DNA of 64,000 nucleotides from an uncultured Gemmatimonadales bacterium (GTDB lineage: Bacteria > Gemmatimonadota > Gemmatimonadetes > Gemmatimonadales > GWC2-71-9): the NCBI GenBank assembly GCA_963798915.1, contig CAWCVB010000007.1:143640-207639 (forward strand). The letters are read 5' to 3'. This document shows positions 47,002 to 56,531 of the stretch, piece after piece. Every line of letters starts with the position of its first letter. Position 1 is the first letter of the stretch. Both the position numbers and the translations under genes were made by a program. The notes below the pieces were generated by a model. That model did no database searches. It had not been told where the DNA came from and worked only from the letters and a program-made list of their open reading frames with translations.

Positions 47002-49950
47002 TTAGCCGCCTGTCCTACGTGCGCGGGCCTGCTTGAGCGCTGCGACGCGACGCTGGATTGCTTCGATGCGCGGGCGGAACTCGGGATCGGCCGAGCGCCA
47101 CGCGGAAAGGACGCGCTGGTAATGAACGAGCGCGCTGTCCGGCTCGGCGGCGCGCTCGAACGCCTCGCCAAGGACGGCGTGCAGATCGGTGTAGGTGAGA
47201 TAATAGTTCGACGCCTCGATCGGACCGCGCAGCGGCGCGCGGAGCACCGGAATGGCGTCACGCGGCCTTCCCTCGGCCAGGAGTGCCTTCCCCAACTCGA
47301 GATTCACCCGGCTGTATCCCTCGATCGGCGCAACGAATGCCCGGCGGAACTCTCGCTCCGCATCGGCTGTCCGACCCCGGGCTGCGACGAGGAGCCCGCG
47401 CACGTAGTGCTGAAGCACCTGGTCGCGGAAATACGCGCTGTGCGGAGCCCATGAGGCGAGGCTGTCGGCGAGCGCTCCCAATCGTGCCGTGTCTCCGGCC
47501 GCGGCGAGCGCTGTGGCTGCCTGTGTGGTCATCCAGATTTGATGGCGCGCGACGAGCCCCGGCGCGTCGGCGGTAAACGTCGGCGACGATCGCCATCTGT
47601 AATTGCCGATTGAGTCGAACAATGCTGCAGCTTCATGAAAGCGGCCCATCTCGAACATCACTTGCGCCACGGCAACGGCGTCGAGCGACCTGGGGGTGTT
47701 GAAGCTGGGTAGCTCGCCTTCGGTGGTTCGTACCATGCGCTCCGCGGTCGCGAGCGCATCGCGCAGGCGCCCCTGGTTCCGCAGACTGATCACGAGCCAC
47801 CACAGCGCTTCGCCGCGCTTGGCCGGGTTCCCGTTCTGTGCCCGATCCGCCAGCATCCGATCCGCGACGGCGAACTCCCCCGAGCGGACGGCGATCAGGA
47901 CGCGGGGCATCACCGCATCGTATCCGCTGGGAGCGACGCGTTCGGCGCGTTGCTCCGCGGTGAGCGCGCTATCGTACCGTTCCTCCCGCCCGAGTATCGA
48001 TGTCAATGCCCACCATGCCGCCACCGCGTTGGGTTGCATGCGCGTCCAATCGCGCGCCGTTCGTTCAGCGGCTGCCACGGAATCCGCGGACAGGTACGTC
48101 GCGAGGAGCATGTACAGGGCGTCGCACGCGCGGCACCAGGGACTGCGGCCGATGAGGCTCAGCGAATCCAGGCGAACCGCACGACGGAGATGTGGCAGCG
48201 CGCCGAGAAAATCGCCGCTCCAGGATCTTGCGCGACCGAGCGCCAGTTCGCTGCCCGGCTCGTCCGGGTACCGCGTGACGAGTGATTCCGCGATGGCGAG
48301 TTGCGCCGGATCATTCGTGGTGTAAGCCCACGTCTGCCGAATGATCACGCGTTCACGATCGGACACTCGGTCGGCGAGGCGGAGGGCGAGCGCGAGATCG
48401 CGGCGCGAGGCGGGTCCGTCGTTCGCGACCTCGCCAAGCCCGGCGTAGTAGGCGGTCATCGCGAAGCTCGAATCCTCGGCGAGGGCCGCATGAAAGAGAT
48501 GGACGGCGGCCTGCACGTCGCTCTGATAGAACCGGCGGAGCCCTTCCTCGTACAGGCGCCGCGCGGCCAGCGATGTCGTCGTGACGCCGGCCAGCGGTTG
48601 CACCGGCGCGCGGAGACCGAACTCGGCCGCCACCTGCGCCGTGGCGCGATCCGCGAGCTCGAACACCGTGCTCGCGTCGAACGAATGGGTCCGACCCGCC
48701 GCGCCCGTGGCGAGTTGGACATGGCGCAGTTCGAGCCGGAGTGTATGATCGGGAGCGCGAGAGAGCACGGCCTCGAGGAGCTCGTCGGCACCGGCACGCC
48801 GCGCGGCGTCCGAGATTGCCGACGGCGTCTCCTCGCGCACGCCAAGCTGGCCCAGCAAGTCATAGATCCTGGCATGGCTCACGACGCGCAGCCCGGGAAC
48901 GCGCGCCAGATCGGTCGCCAGCAAATCGGCGAACGTCCGCACGCTCGACCCCGTATCCGCGCCGCTTGGATCCTGAATCCATCCGACCGCCACCACGGGC
49001 GACGAGGGCCTGCCGTGGGTCCACGTTGCCACCGCCGCGATCATGAGTGTGGCCGCGATGATCGCTCCCGCCACGTACGAGCCGCGACGCAACCACGCGC
49101 GTCGCGATGCTCCGTGCGTCGCGAGCTCCGGTCCGTCGGGCAAAGCCTCGGGTGACACCGCGGGCCCGGCAGTGTCTTCCCCTCTGGCAGTGCTTGCCGA
49201 TGAGGGCGCAGCCGCGGGTGATGTGGACGCTCGCTTCCTCACCGCCTCGAGCATCGATCGCGTTTCCGCCGAGGGCTCGACGTCGAACTCCGCTTTGAGT
49301 CGGTGCGCGAACTCCGTGTACACGCGCAGTGCGCCGTACCGGTCGCCTTGAGTGTCCAAAACTGCCACCAGGCGACGGAGCAATTGCTCGTCGTCCGGAG
49401 CGAGTTGGCTGGCGTAGCGCATCCAGTGCGCCACCTCGCTCGCGCGACCTCGGCGCTCGTTCGCGTCGGCGAGCTTCGTTGCCGCGTCAATCGCCCGATG
49501 CAAGAGTTCCGCACGCGTCGTATCGATCCAGTGGTCAAATTCCGGCGCCACGTCGGTGATGTGGAATCCGGGGAGGAATCCGCCCCGGTATAGCACCAGT
49601 GCGTCCTCGAATCGACTCTGGTCGAGCAACTCCCTGAACGCGCACACGTCGCACCGGAGGGCGTCAAGGGCGAGCCCGATCTCTTCTCCCCCGCGATTGA
49701 CGACAACGTGCTCGCCTATCGAGCGGCGTAAAAAGTAGAGCGACTGCCGCAGTGCCTGACGTGCCTGCGCCTGGCTGAACTCTGGCCAGAAGAGCGCGAA
49801 CAACTGGTCGCGGCGCTGAAAGCCGCGCGCGGATTCCACCGCGAGATAGCTCAGCAGCGCCAGTCGTTTCGGCTGGGCGAGCACGGGTCGCAGCTCGCGG
49901 CCGTCGGTTCCCCGCAGCGCGAGCGTGCCCAACATGTCGAGGTGAATCAT
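47002..49950 (-). CDS. Membrane-anchored SARP/BTAD transcriptional regulator with TolB-N-like and TPR extracytoplasmic region
   Basis: QPKRLALLSYLA, RDQLFALFWPE, ALRQSLYFLRR, CDVCAF, LYRGGFLPG, EPSAET; TM helix YVAGAIIAATLMIAAVATW; TTSLAARRLYEEG and TPR-like helices. Confidence 0.9.
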   Translation of the reverse strand: MIHLDMLGTLALRGTDGRELRPVLAQPKRLALLSYLAVESARGFQRRDQLFALFWPEFSQAQARQALRQSLYFLRRSIGEHVVVNRGGEEIGLALDALRCDVCAFRELLDQSRFEDALVLYRGGFLPGFHITDVAPEFDHWIDTTRAELLHRAIDAATKLADANERRGRASEVAHWMRYASQLAPDDEQLLRRLVAVLDTQGDRYGALRVYTEFAHRLKAEFDVEPSAETRSMLEAVRKRASTSPAAAPSSASTARGEDTAGPAVSPEALPDGPELATHGASRRAWLRRGSYVAGAIIAATLMIAAVATWTHGRPSSPVVAVGWIQDPSGADTGSSVRTFADLLATDLARVPGLRVVSHARIYDLLGQLGVREETPSAISDAARRAGADELLEAVLSRAPDHTLRLELRHVQLATGAAGRTHSFDASTVFELADRATAQVAAEFGLRAPVQPLAGVTTTSLAARRLYEEGLRRFYQSDVQAAVHLFHAALAEDSSFAMTAYYAGLGEVANDGPASRRDLALALRLADRVSDRERVIIRQTWAYTTNDPAQLAIAESLVTRYPDEPGSELALGRARSWSGDFLGALPHLRRAVRLDSLSLIGRSPWCRACDALYMLLATYLSADSVAAAERTARDWTRMQPNAVAAWWALTSILGREERYDSALTAEQRAERVAPSGYDAVMPRVLIAVRSGEFAVADRMLADRAQNGNPAKRGEALWWLVISLRNQGRLRDALATAERMVRTTEGELPSFNTPRSLDAVAVAQVMFEMGRFHEAAALFDSIGNYRWRSSPTFTADAPGLVARHQIWMTTQAATALAAAGDTARLGALADSLASWAPHSAYFRDQVLQHYVRGLLVAARGRTADAEREFRRAFVAPIEGYSRVNLELGKALLAEGRPRDAIPVLRAPLRGPIEASNYYLTYTDLHAVLGEAFERAAEPDSALVHYQRVLSAWRSADPEFRPRIEAIQRRVAALKQARARRTGG

Positions 49951-50008
49951 GAGGACTCTCTTACGGACGGCCACTCTCGTCCTGGCGCCCAATGTTACGT
50001 TCGCGGCC

Positions 50009-50064
50009 CATCACCCGGCAAGTGACGGCGGCGTCACGCCGGCGTCACGCCGCGCGCGCAGTGT
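50009..50064 (+). promoter_or_regulatory. Putative SARP/BTAD operator, copy 2
   Basis: T[CG]AC cores at 50011, 50023, 50034 and 50045 (same 12/11/11 spacing as copy 1); between the regulator and the divergent secreted-protein gene. Confidence 0.7.
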
Positions 50065-50220
50065 GACGGGATTGTTCCCTGACGGCGCCAGCGCCGCCGA
50101 ATGCCTGCCAGGTTGACATGGCGATCCCGGCCCGGCCATCCTGTCGAGAGCCCCCGAAACGGCGCTTGGATCTCCCTGGTCCTTCTTCCTCACCCTCACC
50201 CATCACCCGGCGGAGTCCCA

Positions 50221-50709
50221 ATGAATGCGCTACGACGCAGTGCCCTATCGCTCTCAGCTTCCCTCGCCCTATGCGCCACCGCAGCGGCCCAGGCTCCCGC
50301 CGGTGACGCGTGCAGCCTCCTCACCACCGACGAAGTCGGTGCGGTCCTCGGCGTCAAGGTATCGCGGCAACCAGTTGCCAGCAGCAAGACATCCTGCACC
50401 TTCACTCCGGGCAGCGATCACAGCCTGGCAGCCCGCATGGTCACGGTCACGCTGACGCCGCTGAAGGTGTTCGAAGCCACGAAGCAGTCGTACCGTGAGA
50501 TGACGCCGGAGCCCGCGAGCGGCATCGGCGACGAGGCCCATTATCAGAAACTGGCGACAAAGCATCTGAAGGCCATTTCCCTGTATGTTCGGAAGGGCGC
50601 CGGAGCATTCGTGCTGCGGGTCAACCCCGGACGTGCCGGCAAGGAAACCGACGCGCAAGTAGAAGCGATGGAGAAGACCCTGGGGCAACAAGCCGCCGCG
50701 CGGCTCTAG
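50221..50709 (+). CDS. Secreted Cys-motif (DUF3558-like) protein
   Basis: Signal peptide ending AAAQA; DACSLLTTDEVGAVLG...SCTF...SGIGDEAHY; GGAG RBS. Confidence 0.75.
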   Translation: MNALRRSALSLSASLALCATAAAQAPAGDACSLLTTDEVGAVLGVKVSRQPVASSKTSCTFTPGSDHSLAARMVTVTLTPLKVFEATKQSYREMTPEPASGIGDEAHYQKLATKHLKAISLYVRKGAGAFVLRVNPGRAGKETDAQVEAMEKTLGQQAAARL

Positions 50710-50768
50710 TCCAGGTGTTCTGCCGGATCACTCGTTTCGGATCCCGCTGGCGACGGGCTCCCGGACCG

Positions 50769-50870
50769 ATCGCGATCGTGGGCCGGATACCGGACGCGTT
50801 TCGCCACCAGCAGCGGGGACCAACCGATGTGCTGATCATGCACCGGGAGCTCTCACCCGACACCACCTGA
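50769..50870 (+). pseudogene. C-terminal remnant of a GNAT acetyltransferase
   Basis: IAIVGRIPDAFRHQQRGPTDVLIMHREL..* resembles the GNAT C-terminal G.IP.AFRH...G.D..IM.R motif; no upstream part. Confidence 0.6.
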
Positions 50871-50964
50871 GACGCGCTTGCGGTGAAACCCCGATGTCCA
50901 TGCCACCTGCGTACGGCTCATCCAAGCCCCGCTGCTCGCGAGGGGCGGGCAACACGCCGAATGG

Positions 50965-52629
50965 TCACTCGGCGCGATAGCTCTCGTCCCAGCGCAGGAT
51001 CCTGTACTCCGGATCCAGCACGACAGCCTCGGCCCTGTCCGCAAATGGCAGCCGGAAATGGCTCTCCCCGCTATCCAGATGGACGACCCGATCCATGGTG
51101 GTTGCGGCGGTGCCGCCCTGGATGCGCACGTCAATGTCGAGCACGAATGGCTCGCCGGCCTGGGTTTGCCGCACGACGATATCCATGCTGTCGCCGACCT
51201 GCTTCCAGGAAGTCTCGAACCGCGGGGCCCCGGTGCGGTCGAGCCACTGCCGAAAGAAGGCCTCGAGATGCCGGTCCGGTGCGGCGGCAGTCACGAACGC
51301 CCGGAAGGCCGATAGCGTGGAGGCACGGTCACGGTACGTGGCCAGGTAGCTCCGCAGGATCGCGAAGAATGGCTCATCGCCCAGTTGTTCCCGCAGCATC
51401 TGGTAGATCCAGGCTCCCTTCGAATCGACCACGATCCGCTTGGCGATACCGTTCAGGTCATCCATCACCGCGATCGGCACGCTGTCAGCGCCCCGGCGGA
51501 TGACTTCGAAATAGCCCCTGGCACTTTGCAGCGGGATATAGCCCTGGCGCGAGAACCGCAGGAAATGCCGCGCGGAATCAGGGCCCAGCATCTCCTCCAA
51601 TGCGATGACCGCACCGTACTGGGCAATGGATTCCGAGAGAAACGCGGATCCCGGCCCTTCCGATGAAACGAGATTCCCCCAGTACCCATGAGCACTCTCG
51701 TGGGCCAGCAGCGGAATGTTGGCAGAGGCCACGTCAAAGTTTTCTGCCTTGGCCATCATGAAGCCCTGCTCGGAGCTCGCCAGGAAACCCGGCGCCCGTT
51801 CCGGCACTTCGGCGATCGAGTAGCTGCTGGTCGGGTAGGGTCCGAACCGCTTCTCGAGGGCCAGCAGGATGTGCGACAGGGCATCGGCCTGGCGCAGCGC
51901 GATTGAATCCGGCACGGTCAGCAGGTAGAGCCTGACCGGCGTGGCGCCGGCCTCGCTGCGAATCACCCGGTAGGGACCGGCGGCAAAGGACCGCGCCAGT
52001 GGGATCTCGGTCCGCCACTCCTGAATCACGCTGCTGCCTGCCGTGTCGTTCCGGACCAGGGAGCCATTCGACACCGCCGACCAGCCCGGCGGCAGGCGGA
52101 AGCGAGTGCTTCCGGGCGCGGGCGCGGCCTCGCCCAAGCTGATGCCCGCGACGGGCCGTGGCAGCGGATACCACCCGGTGACCCATGAGGCGAGCATCAC
52201 GTCGGAGCCCAGCGTGAACTGCTGCATGTTGGCGAGGCGACTGGACGCGTAGGCCCGGATTCGCACCCGGGCTTGCCGGGTGGCTCCCGCGCCGGGCAGC
52301 CGGATCGTGACGTAGCGAAGCGGCCTGCCGGGTATCGTGCCATTCAATGCCGTGACGGTTCCCGCGTCGGTGGAGACCGAATCGAACGCCATCGAGGTGT
52401 CACGGGAGTTCACCAGGAGACTGATCCGGTCGGACCGGGCATGGTCCTGCAGGGAGACCACGAGTCCGGCCGCCACCGTGAAACGTGCTTCCTTCGGTTG
52501 GAGCGTGACGTCGAGGTCCAGCGAGTCCAGATGCCAGCCGGTCCCGGTGGTGTCCGGCTCCTGGGCCGGAAGGTGGGTAACCGTCGCGGCAGCAAGCACG
52601 AGCGCCACCATTCCGGAAATGCCATTCAC
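50965..52629 (-). CDS. Secreted M1-family aminopeptidase
   Basis: Signal peptide; AVSNG, FGPYP, AHESAHGYWG-x-LSESIAQY (HExxH-x18-E), KGAWIYQMLR, FFRQWL. Confidence 0.88.
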   Translation of the reverse strand: MNGISGMVALVLAAATVTHLPAQEPDTTGTGWHLDSLDLDVTLQPKEARFTVAAGLVVSLQDHARSDRISLLVNSRDTSMAFDSVSTDAGTVTALNGTIPGRPLRYVTIRLPGAGATRQARVRIRAYASSRLANMQQFTLGSDVMLASWVTGWYPLPRPVAGISLGEAAPAPGSTRFRLPPGWSAVSNGSLVRNDTAGSSVIQEWRTEIPLARSFAAGPYRVIRSEAGATPVRLYLLTVPDSIALRQADALSHILLALEKRFGPYPTSSYSIAEVPERAPGFLASSEQGFMMAKAENFDVASANIPLLAHESAHGYWGNLVSSEGPGSAFLSESIAQYGAVIALEEMLGPDSARHFLRFSRQGYIPLQSARGYFEVIRRGADSVPIAVMDDLNGIAKRIVVDSKGAWIYQMLREQLGDEPFFAILRSYLATYRDRASTLSAFRAFVTAAAPDRHLEAFFRQWLDRTGAPRFETSWKQVGDSMDIVVRQTQAGEPFVLDIDVRIQGGTAATTMDRVVHLDSGESHFRLPFADRAEAVVLDPEYRILRWDESYRAE

Positions 52630-53579
52630 AGGGAACCTGCCTTGAATACGGGAAGTGGTTCCGCCAGCGCCACCCAGCCTTCCGCAAGGGCCACGGCGGC
52701 CAGCTCGGCCTGGTCGAATACATATCGGAGTTCGAAGACATGGGGATTGGCGCGGACCTCGTCGGTCAGGGCGGCCCAGGCCCTGGGAGGGAAGAGGTGG
52801 GGAGCCGAGCGGCCGGAGCGGCGTGGCGCAAGGCGGTTCGGATCCGAGGCAACCTTGGCGCGAACGACCGGTGATTCAGCGTCGAAAAGCGCCGTCAGGT
52901 CCGCCGCCACGGCGGCGGCCGTATTCGCATCGGATTCGCATACCCAGAGACTGGGGCGGTCGGCAAAAACATCCCGCAGCACCGGATCAGGATGGATCGT
53001 GACAAAACGGACCGACGCCAGCCGGCGTGGCCAGAGGCGGCGGAAATCGTTGTAGTGGAAATAGGTGGCCACCACGGTGCCGGCGGGCGGCTCTCCATCT
53101 TCGAGCGACCAGGGGATGGCTTCGAGCTGATAACGGGCCGAGAGTTCGGCCGCATGGGAACGGGACTGCCAGCGCGAGCACTCGACGACGTGGACCTGCG
53201 GGTTTGTGCTGGCCTCCTTTCGGCGGAGGGCCAAGGTCAGCTCCGCCACCGAAAGTCCATGCTCGCGGGCCTCACCCAGCACCCGGTCGACGAACCCGGC
53301 CTGCCACTGTTTCCGGGTGTGCGGCGATCCCCCTCCATCGCTCGCTCTTGCCACCCGGGTGCCGCGCACCCCGCGATGGGATTCCAGCAGCCCTTCCCGG
53401 GCCAGCGAGGTATAGGCGTGGCGCACAGTGTGGACGTTGACACCCCAGGCCTCGGCGGCCTCCCGGAGCGGTGTCAGGGCGTCCCCCTGGCGCAATCTGC
53501 CGGACCGGATGGCCGCACGGATGGATTCCGCCAACTGGTGGTAGAGGGGGACCGGGCTGTTCGGGTCGATGGCCGGCAC
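52626..53579 (-). CDS. GntR-family transcriptional regulator
   Basis: PVPLYHQLAESIR..I.SG.L..GD.L..LRE.A..WGVNVHTVRHAY..L..EG; GTG start with GAGGAG RBS; coupled to the aminopeptidase. Confidence 0.9.
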   Translation of the reverse strand: MPAIDPNSPVPLYHQLAESIRAAIRSGRLRQGDALTPLREAAEAWGVNVHTVRHAYTSLAREGLLESHRGVRGTRVARASDGGGSPHTRKQWQAGFVDRVLGEAREHGLSVAELTLALRRKEASTNPQVHVVECSRWQSRSHAAELSARYQLEAIPWSLEDGEPPAGTVVATYFHYNDFRRLWPRRLASVRFVTIHPDPVLRDVFADRPSLWVCESDANTAAAVAADLTALFDAESPVVRAKVASDPNRLAPRRSGRSAPHLFPPRAWAALTDEVRANPHVFELRYVFDQAELAAVALAEGWVALAEPLPVFKAGSL

Positions 53580-53597
53580 GGGCTCCTCGCTTTGTTC

Positions 53598-53618
53598 TGA
53601 TGTTCTATAACTTCATCA
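53598..53618. promoter_or_regulatory. Candidate GntR autoregulatory operator
   Basis: TGATG-ttctataactt-CATCA inverted repeat just upstream of the gntR RBS. Confidence 0.5.
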
Positions 53619-54028
53619 CTTACGGCGGGTTGGGGGAGCGAGTTTCAGGGGAGCGTCGGCAGGTTCGCTTGCGCAAGCGCCGACCCGCGAGGGTCTTGTC
53701 GTGGATCTGATAGAGGACGCAGGCCGATGGGCACCATGCTGCGTGGCCTTTGTGAAGAATGGACGACGCATCCGCACGGGTTGGTTCAGGGCGAATGCTC
53801 CGCCGTCAGAAGGCGGGACCTGCTCAGGACCTCAGCGCCGCGCTGCAACAGCCAGTGCAGTGCGGGCAAGGAGCATGAGGGCCGGGCCACGCCATGTGAG
53901 GGTCGCCGAAGCGCGCCGCTGCAGCAGAGCCTTATGGGAATTCACGTCCATCACGAGTATCGTAGTACGGCGGAAACGGTGCGCACTAGTTGCGGCGAAT
54001 GAGACACCACTTTTCCAGGAGTTTCCAC

Positions 54029-54409
54029 ATGGCCACCTCCGATGCAGATGAAGGAGCCGATACGCTTGCCGCGGTCGAGCGCTTCAATGCTGCGTTCAAT
54101 CGCCATGATGTGGACGCCATCATGGCGGCGATGACCGATGACTGCATCTTCGAGAGCACTCGGCCGGTGCCGGATGGCGAACGCCTCGAAGGACAGGCGC
54201 GCGTACGCGCGTTCTGGGAAGAGTTCTTCCGACGATCGCCCGAGGCACAGTTCGAAACAGAGGAAGTTTTCGCGGCCGGGAATCGCTGTGTGGTGCGGTG
54301 GATCTATCGTTGGGTGAGGGACGGCGTTGCGGGACGGGTCCGGGGAGTGGACCTGTTCCGGGTCCGAGAGGGAAGAGTGGCCGAGAAGCTTTCCTATGTG
54401 AAAGGCTGA
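54029..54409 (+). CDS. SnoaL-like / NTF2 family protein
   Basis: VERFNAAFNRHDVDAIM..MTDDCIFE, RGVDLFRVREGRVAEKLSYVKG; AGGAG RBS. Confidence 0.9.
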   Translation: MATSDADEGADTLAAVERFNAAFNRHDVDAIMAAMTDDCIFESTRPVPDGERLEGQARVRAFWEEFFRRSPEAQFETEEVFAAGNRCVVRWIYRWVRDGVAGRVRGVDLFRVREGRVAEKLSYVKG

Positions 54410-54536
54410 AGACGGACGCCTGTCTCGGGCGACTCGACGCAGGCGCCTGACAGCATCCCTTCGCTCCAGCGGGGGGCCATCGCAGCCGCGAGGGCGGCGC
54501 CCGCCATGCATGAGGCGGCCTAACGGGGAGATCGAC

Positions 54537-55031
54537 ATGGAGCCTGAGAGCGTTCTTGCCGTCATCGCGGGAGTTGCGTCGACGTTCATAGGCTTCACGG
54601 GCGTCATCTTTGCCGTCGGCCGTTCCTCGCGCGATGGTTGGAGCGCAGCGGAGCGTACGGCGCTCCTCAACCTGTTGATACCCTCGGTGGTCGTGCTCTT
54701 TCTCGCATTCATCCCGATTGTGGCCTCCACGGGTATCCACTCTCAGGCGCTGATCTGGCGTGGCGCCAATGCATGCCTGGCTGTCATTCATTTGGCGCTC
54801 GTCACCACCGCGTTGCGAGCGGCCTGGAAGTCGACACTCCTCGAGCCGGTGCCGCTCCGCTTGTTCCTGATCCCCGGCGGCTACGCCAGTGGCATCATCA
54901 GCGCGGTTGTTGCCCTTGGTCACTGGCCGCAGTTCGCCGTGATGGCATTCGTGGCCGGCCTGGTATGGAGTCTTCTTGTGGCCGCCGTCCAATTTGTGAT
55001 GCTGATCGTTCCCCGTCCCGTCGCCGCCTGA
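54537..55031 (+). CDS. Hypothetical membrane protein (~5 TM)
   Basis: IAGVASTFIGFTGVI, hydrophobic throughout; GGAG RBS. Confidence 0.7.
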   Translation: MEPESVLAVIAGVASTFIGFTGVIFAVGRSSRDGWSAAERTALLNLLIPSVVVLFLAFIPIVASTGIHSQALIWRGANACLAVIHLALVTTALRAAWKSTLLEPVPLRLFLIPGGYASGIISAVVALGHWPQFAVMAFVAGLVWSLLVAAVQFVMLIVPRPVAA

Positions 55032-55106
55032 GCCACGCCGTGCTGCCCGCTCACCATCACGCAATGACAATCGCGCGGATCTGCCGCGTGAGGAGAGGAG
55101 CCAGAG

Positions 55107-55637
55107 ATGGCCAGGCTCGTGTTCGGGATGAACCAGTCCCTGGATGGCTACGTCGACCATACGGCGTTTGCGCCAGGCCCAACGCTCTTCCGCCACTTCA
55201 TCGAGCAGGTTCAGGGACTCGCGGGCAGTGTGTACGGTCGCCAGATGTACGAAGTCATGCGGTACTGGGATGACGACCATCCTGAATGGAGCGCGGACGA
55301 GCAGGCCTTTGCGGCGGCGTGGCGGAAGCAGCCGAAATGGGTCGTCTCCCGCTCGTTGACGTCCGTCGGTCCCAACGCGACGCTTGTTGCGGATGATCTC
55401 GAGGGCGCGATCCGTGAGCTGAAGGCCGAGCGCGACGGGGAGATCGAGGTTGCCGGCCCGGTGCTGGCGCAGAGTCTCACCGACCTTGGCCTGATCGACG
55501 AGTATCGGATCTACCTCCACCCGGTGGTGCTTGGTCACGGCAACCCCTATTTCGCGGGGCCCCGGCCGCCGCTCCGCCTTCTGGCATATGACCGGATGGA
55601 CGAGGATGTGCTCAGGCTCGTCTATGTTCCTGCCTAG
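55107..55637 (+). CDS. Dihydrofolate reductase family (RibD C-terminal) protein
   Basis: MNQSLDGYV, YGRQMYE, PKWVVSRSL, GLIDEYRIYLHPVVLGHG.PYF. Confidence 0.92.
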   Translation: MARLVFGMNQSLDGYVDHTAFAPGPTLFRHFIEQVQGLAGSVYGRQMYEVMRYWDDDHPEWSADEQAFAAAWRKQPKWVVSRSLTSVGPNATLVADDLEGAIRELKAERDGEIEVAGPVLAQSLTDLGLIDEYRIYLHPVVLGHGNPYFAGPRPPLRLLAYDRMDEDVLRLVYVPA

Positions 55638-55973
55638 ACTGCGGTGAGGAATGCGGGGTTCGGGTGTTCGCCAGCTCCGCGCGCCGTCGCCCTGTATGTT
55701 GCCGGATCCGTTAGCCGGATCCGTTAGGTCGAGTACTGGTTCGAGCCGACGGATGTCGATTGAGACGAGCTCACGCAAGCCCATGGCAGTACCGTACTGA
55801 CGACGGACCTTTTCGAACTCCGCAAGAGCGCCTTCGCGTGTGAGCGCAGTATAGAGACAGGCGTATTCGCCGAGGCGGTTCCATCGCCCGTGGGAGTACT
55901 TCCAGATCTTGCCGAGGTGGAGGGGAGCCGCGCCTGCAGGGATGTGTCGCCAGACGCGGCCGGCGAACAGCAT
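55634..55973 (-). pseudogene. RES-domain toxin, frameshifted by a 13-bp tandem duplication and truncated
   Basis: GRWNR, CLYTAL, ALAE, VLDLTDP; (gccggatccgtta)x2 at 55701-55726; even the corrected frame stops at 55634, before the conserved C-terminal Ser region. Confidence 0.8.
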
Positions 55974-56347
55974 CAGAGGAAGGCGCCGCTGTCTGCATTC
56001 GCGAGAGTCGTCACGACTTCATCGATTCGGCCGTCGACGACCAGCCGAAGTGCTGTGCGCCCACGGAACGCCGGGAGCGGCTCATGCAGCCAAGCCTGCG
56101 TCCGCTCAAGATCATCGCCGAACACGGACTGGAGTGCGTGCGCCAGCTGGAGTAGCTGAGTTGCGGCCGCCACGTGCCTGCTACTCGGGCGATGCCGCGC
56201 CTCGCGCCACCTGACCACCGATCGGGCGGATGCGCCAAGAGCACCCCCGACCTCCGCATCGGTCAGCTCAAGTTCGTCCGTCGCCCATTCGACCGCGCGG
56301 CGCACTTGCCGGAGTTCGGCTTTGGTGCGCGGGGACTCAGTAGCCAT
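55973..56347 (-). CDS. Xre/MbcA/ParS-type antitoxin
   Basis: HTH (GASARSVVRW), VFGDD....AWLHEP.PAFRGRT.L; coupled to the RES gene. Confidence 0.88.
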   Translation of the reverse strand: MATESPRTKAELRQVRRAVEWATDELELTDAEVGGALGASARSVVRWREARHRPSSRHVAAATQLLQLAHALQSVFGDDLERTQAWLHEPLPAFRGRTALRLVVDGRIDEVVTTLANADSGAFL

Positions 56348-56531
56348 GATATCCCTCTGTCCAGTAGCTTGTCGTATGATATGTCCACACGTTTGTCATG
56401 TCAATGAGCTAGTCGGCCCTCTTCCGTAACCAATTACTCTGCAGCGGTTTACGGAGGCCAAAATGGCCGATTCCACCTCGCTCGCCGATGATGTTCGTCA
56501 GCAAATCAGGCCAGCAACCCACGAGGGCACC

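Noticed and set aside
53620..54020. Possible gene or ncRNA in the ~400-bp gap between gntR and the SnoaL-like gene
   Set aside because: The short ORFs lack motifs or a clear RBS, and I recognised no RNA family signature.
55701..55730. GTTAG-containing duplication as an attC/attI recombination site
   Set aside because: Removing one copy restores a plausible RES reading frame, so it is better explained as an intragenic tandem duplication.
54120..55973. 617-aa 'RES fusion' ORF on the minus strand
   Set aside because: Only the first ~86 aa are RES-like; the rest is read-through antisense to three real + strand genes after the 13-bp duplication.
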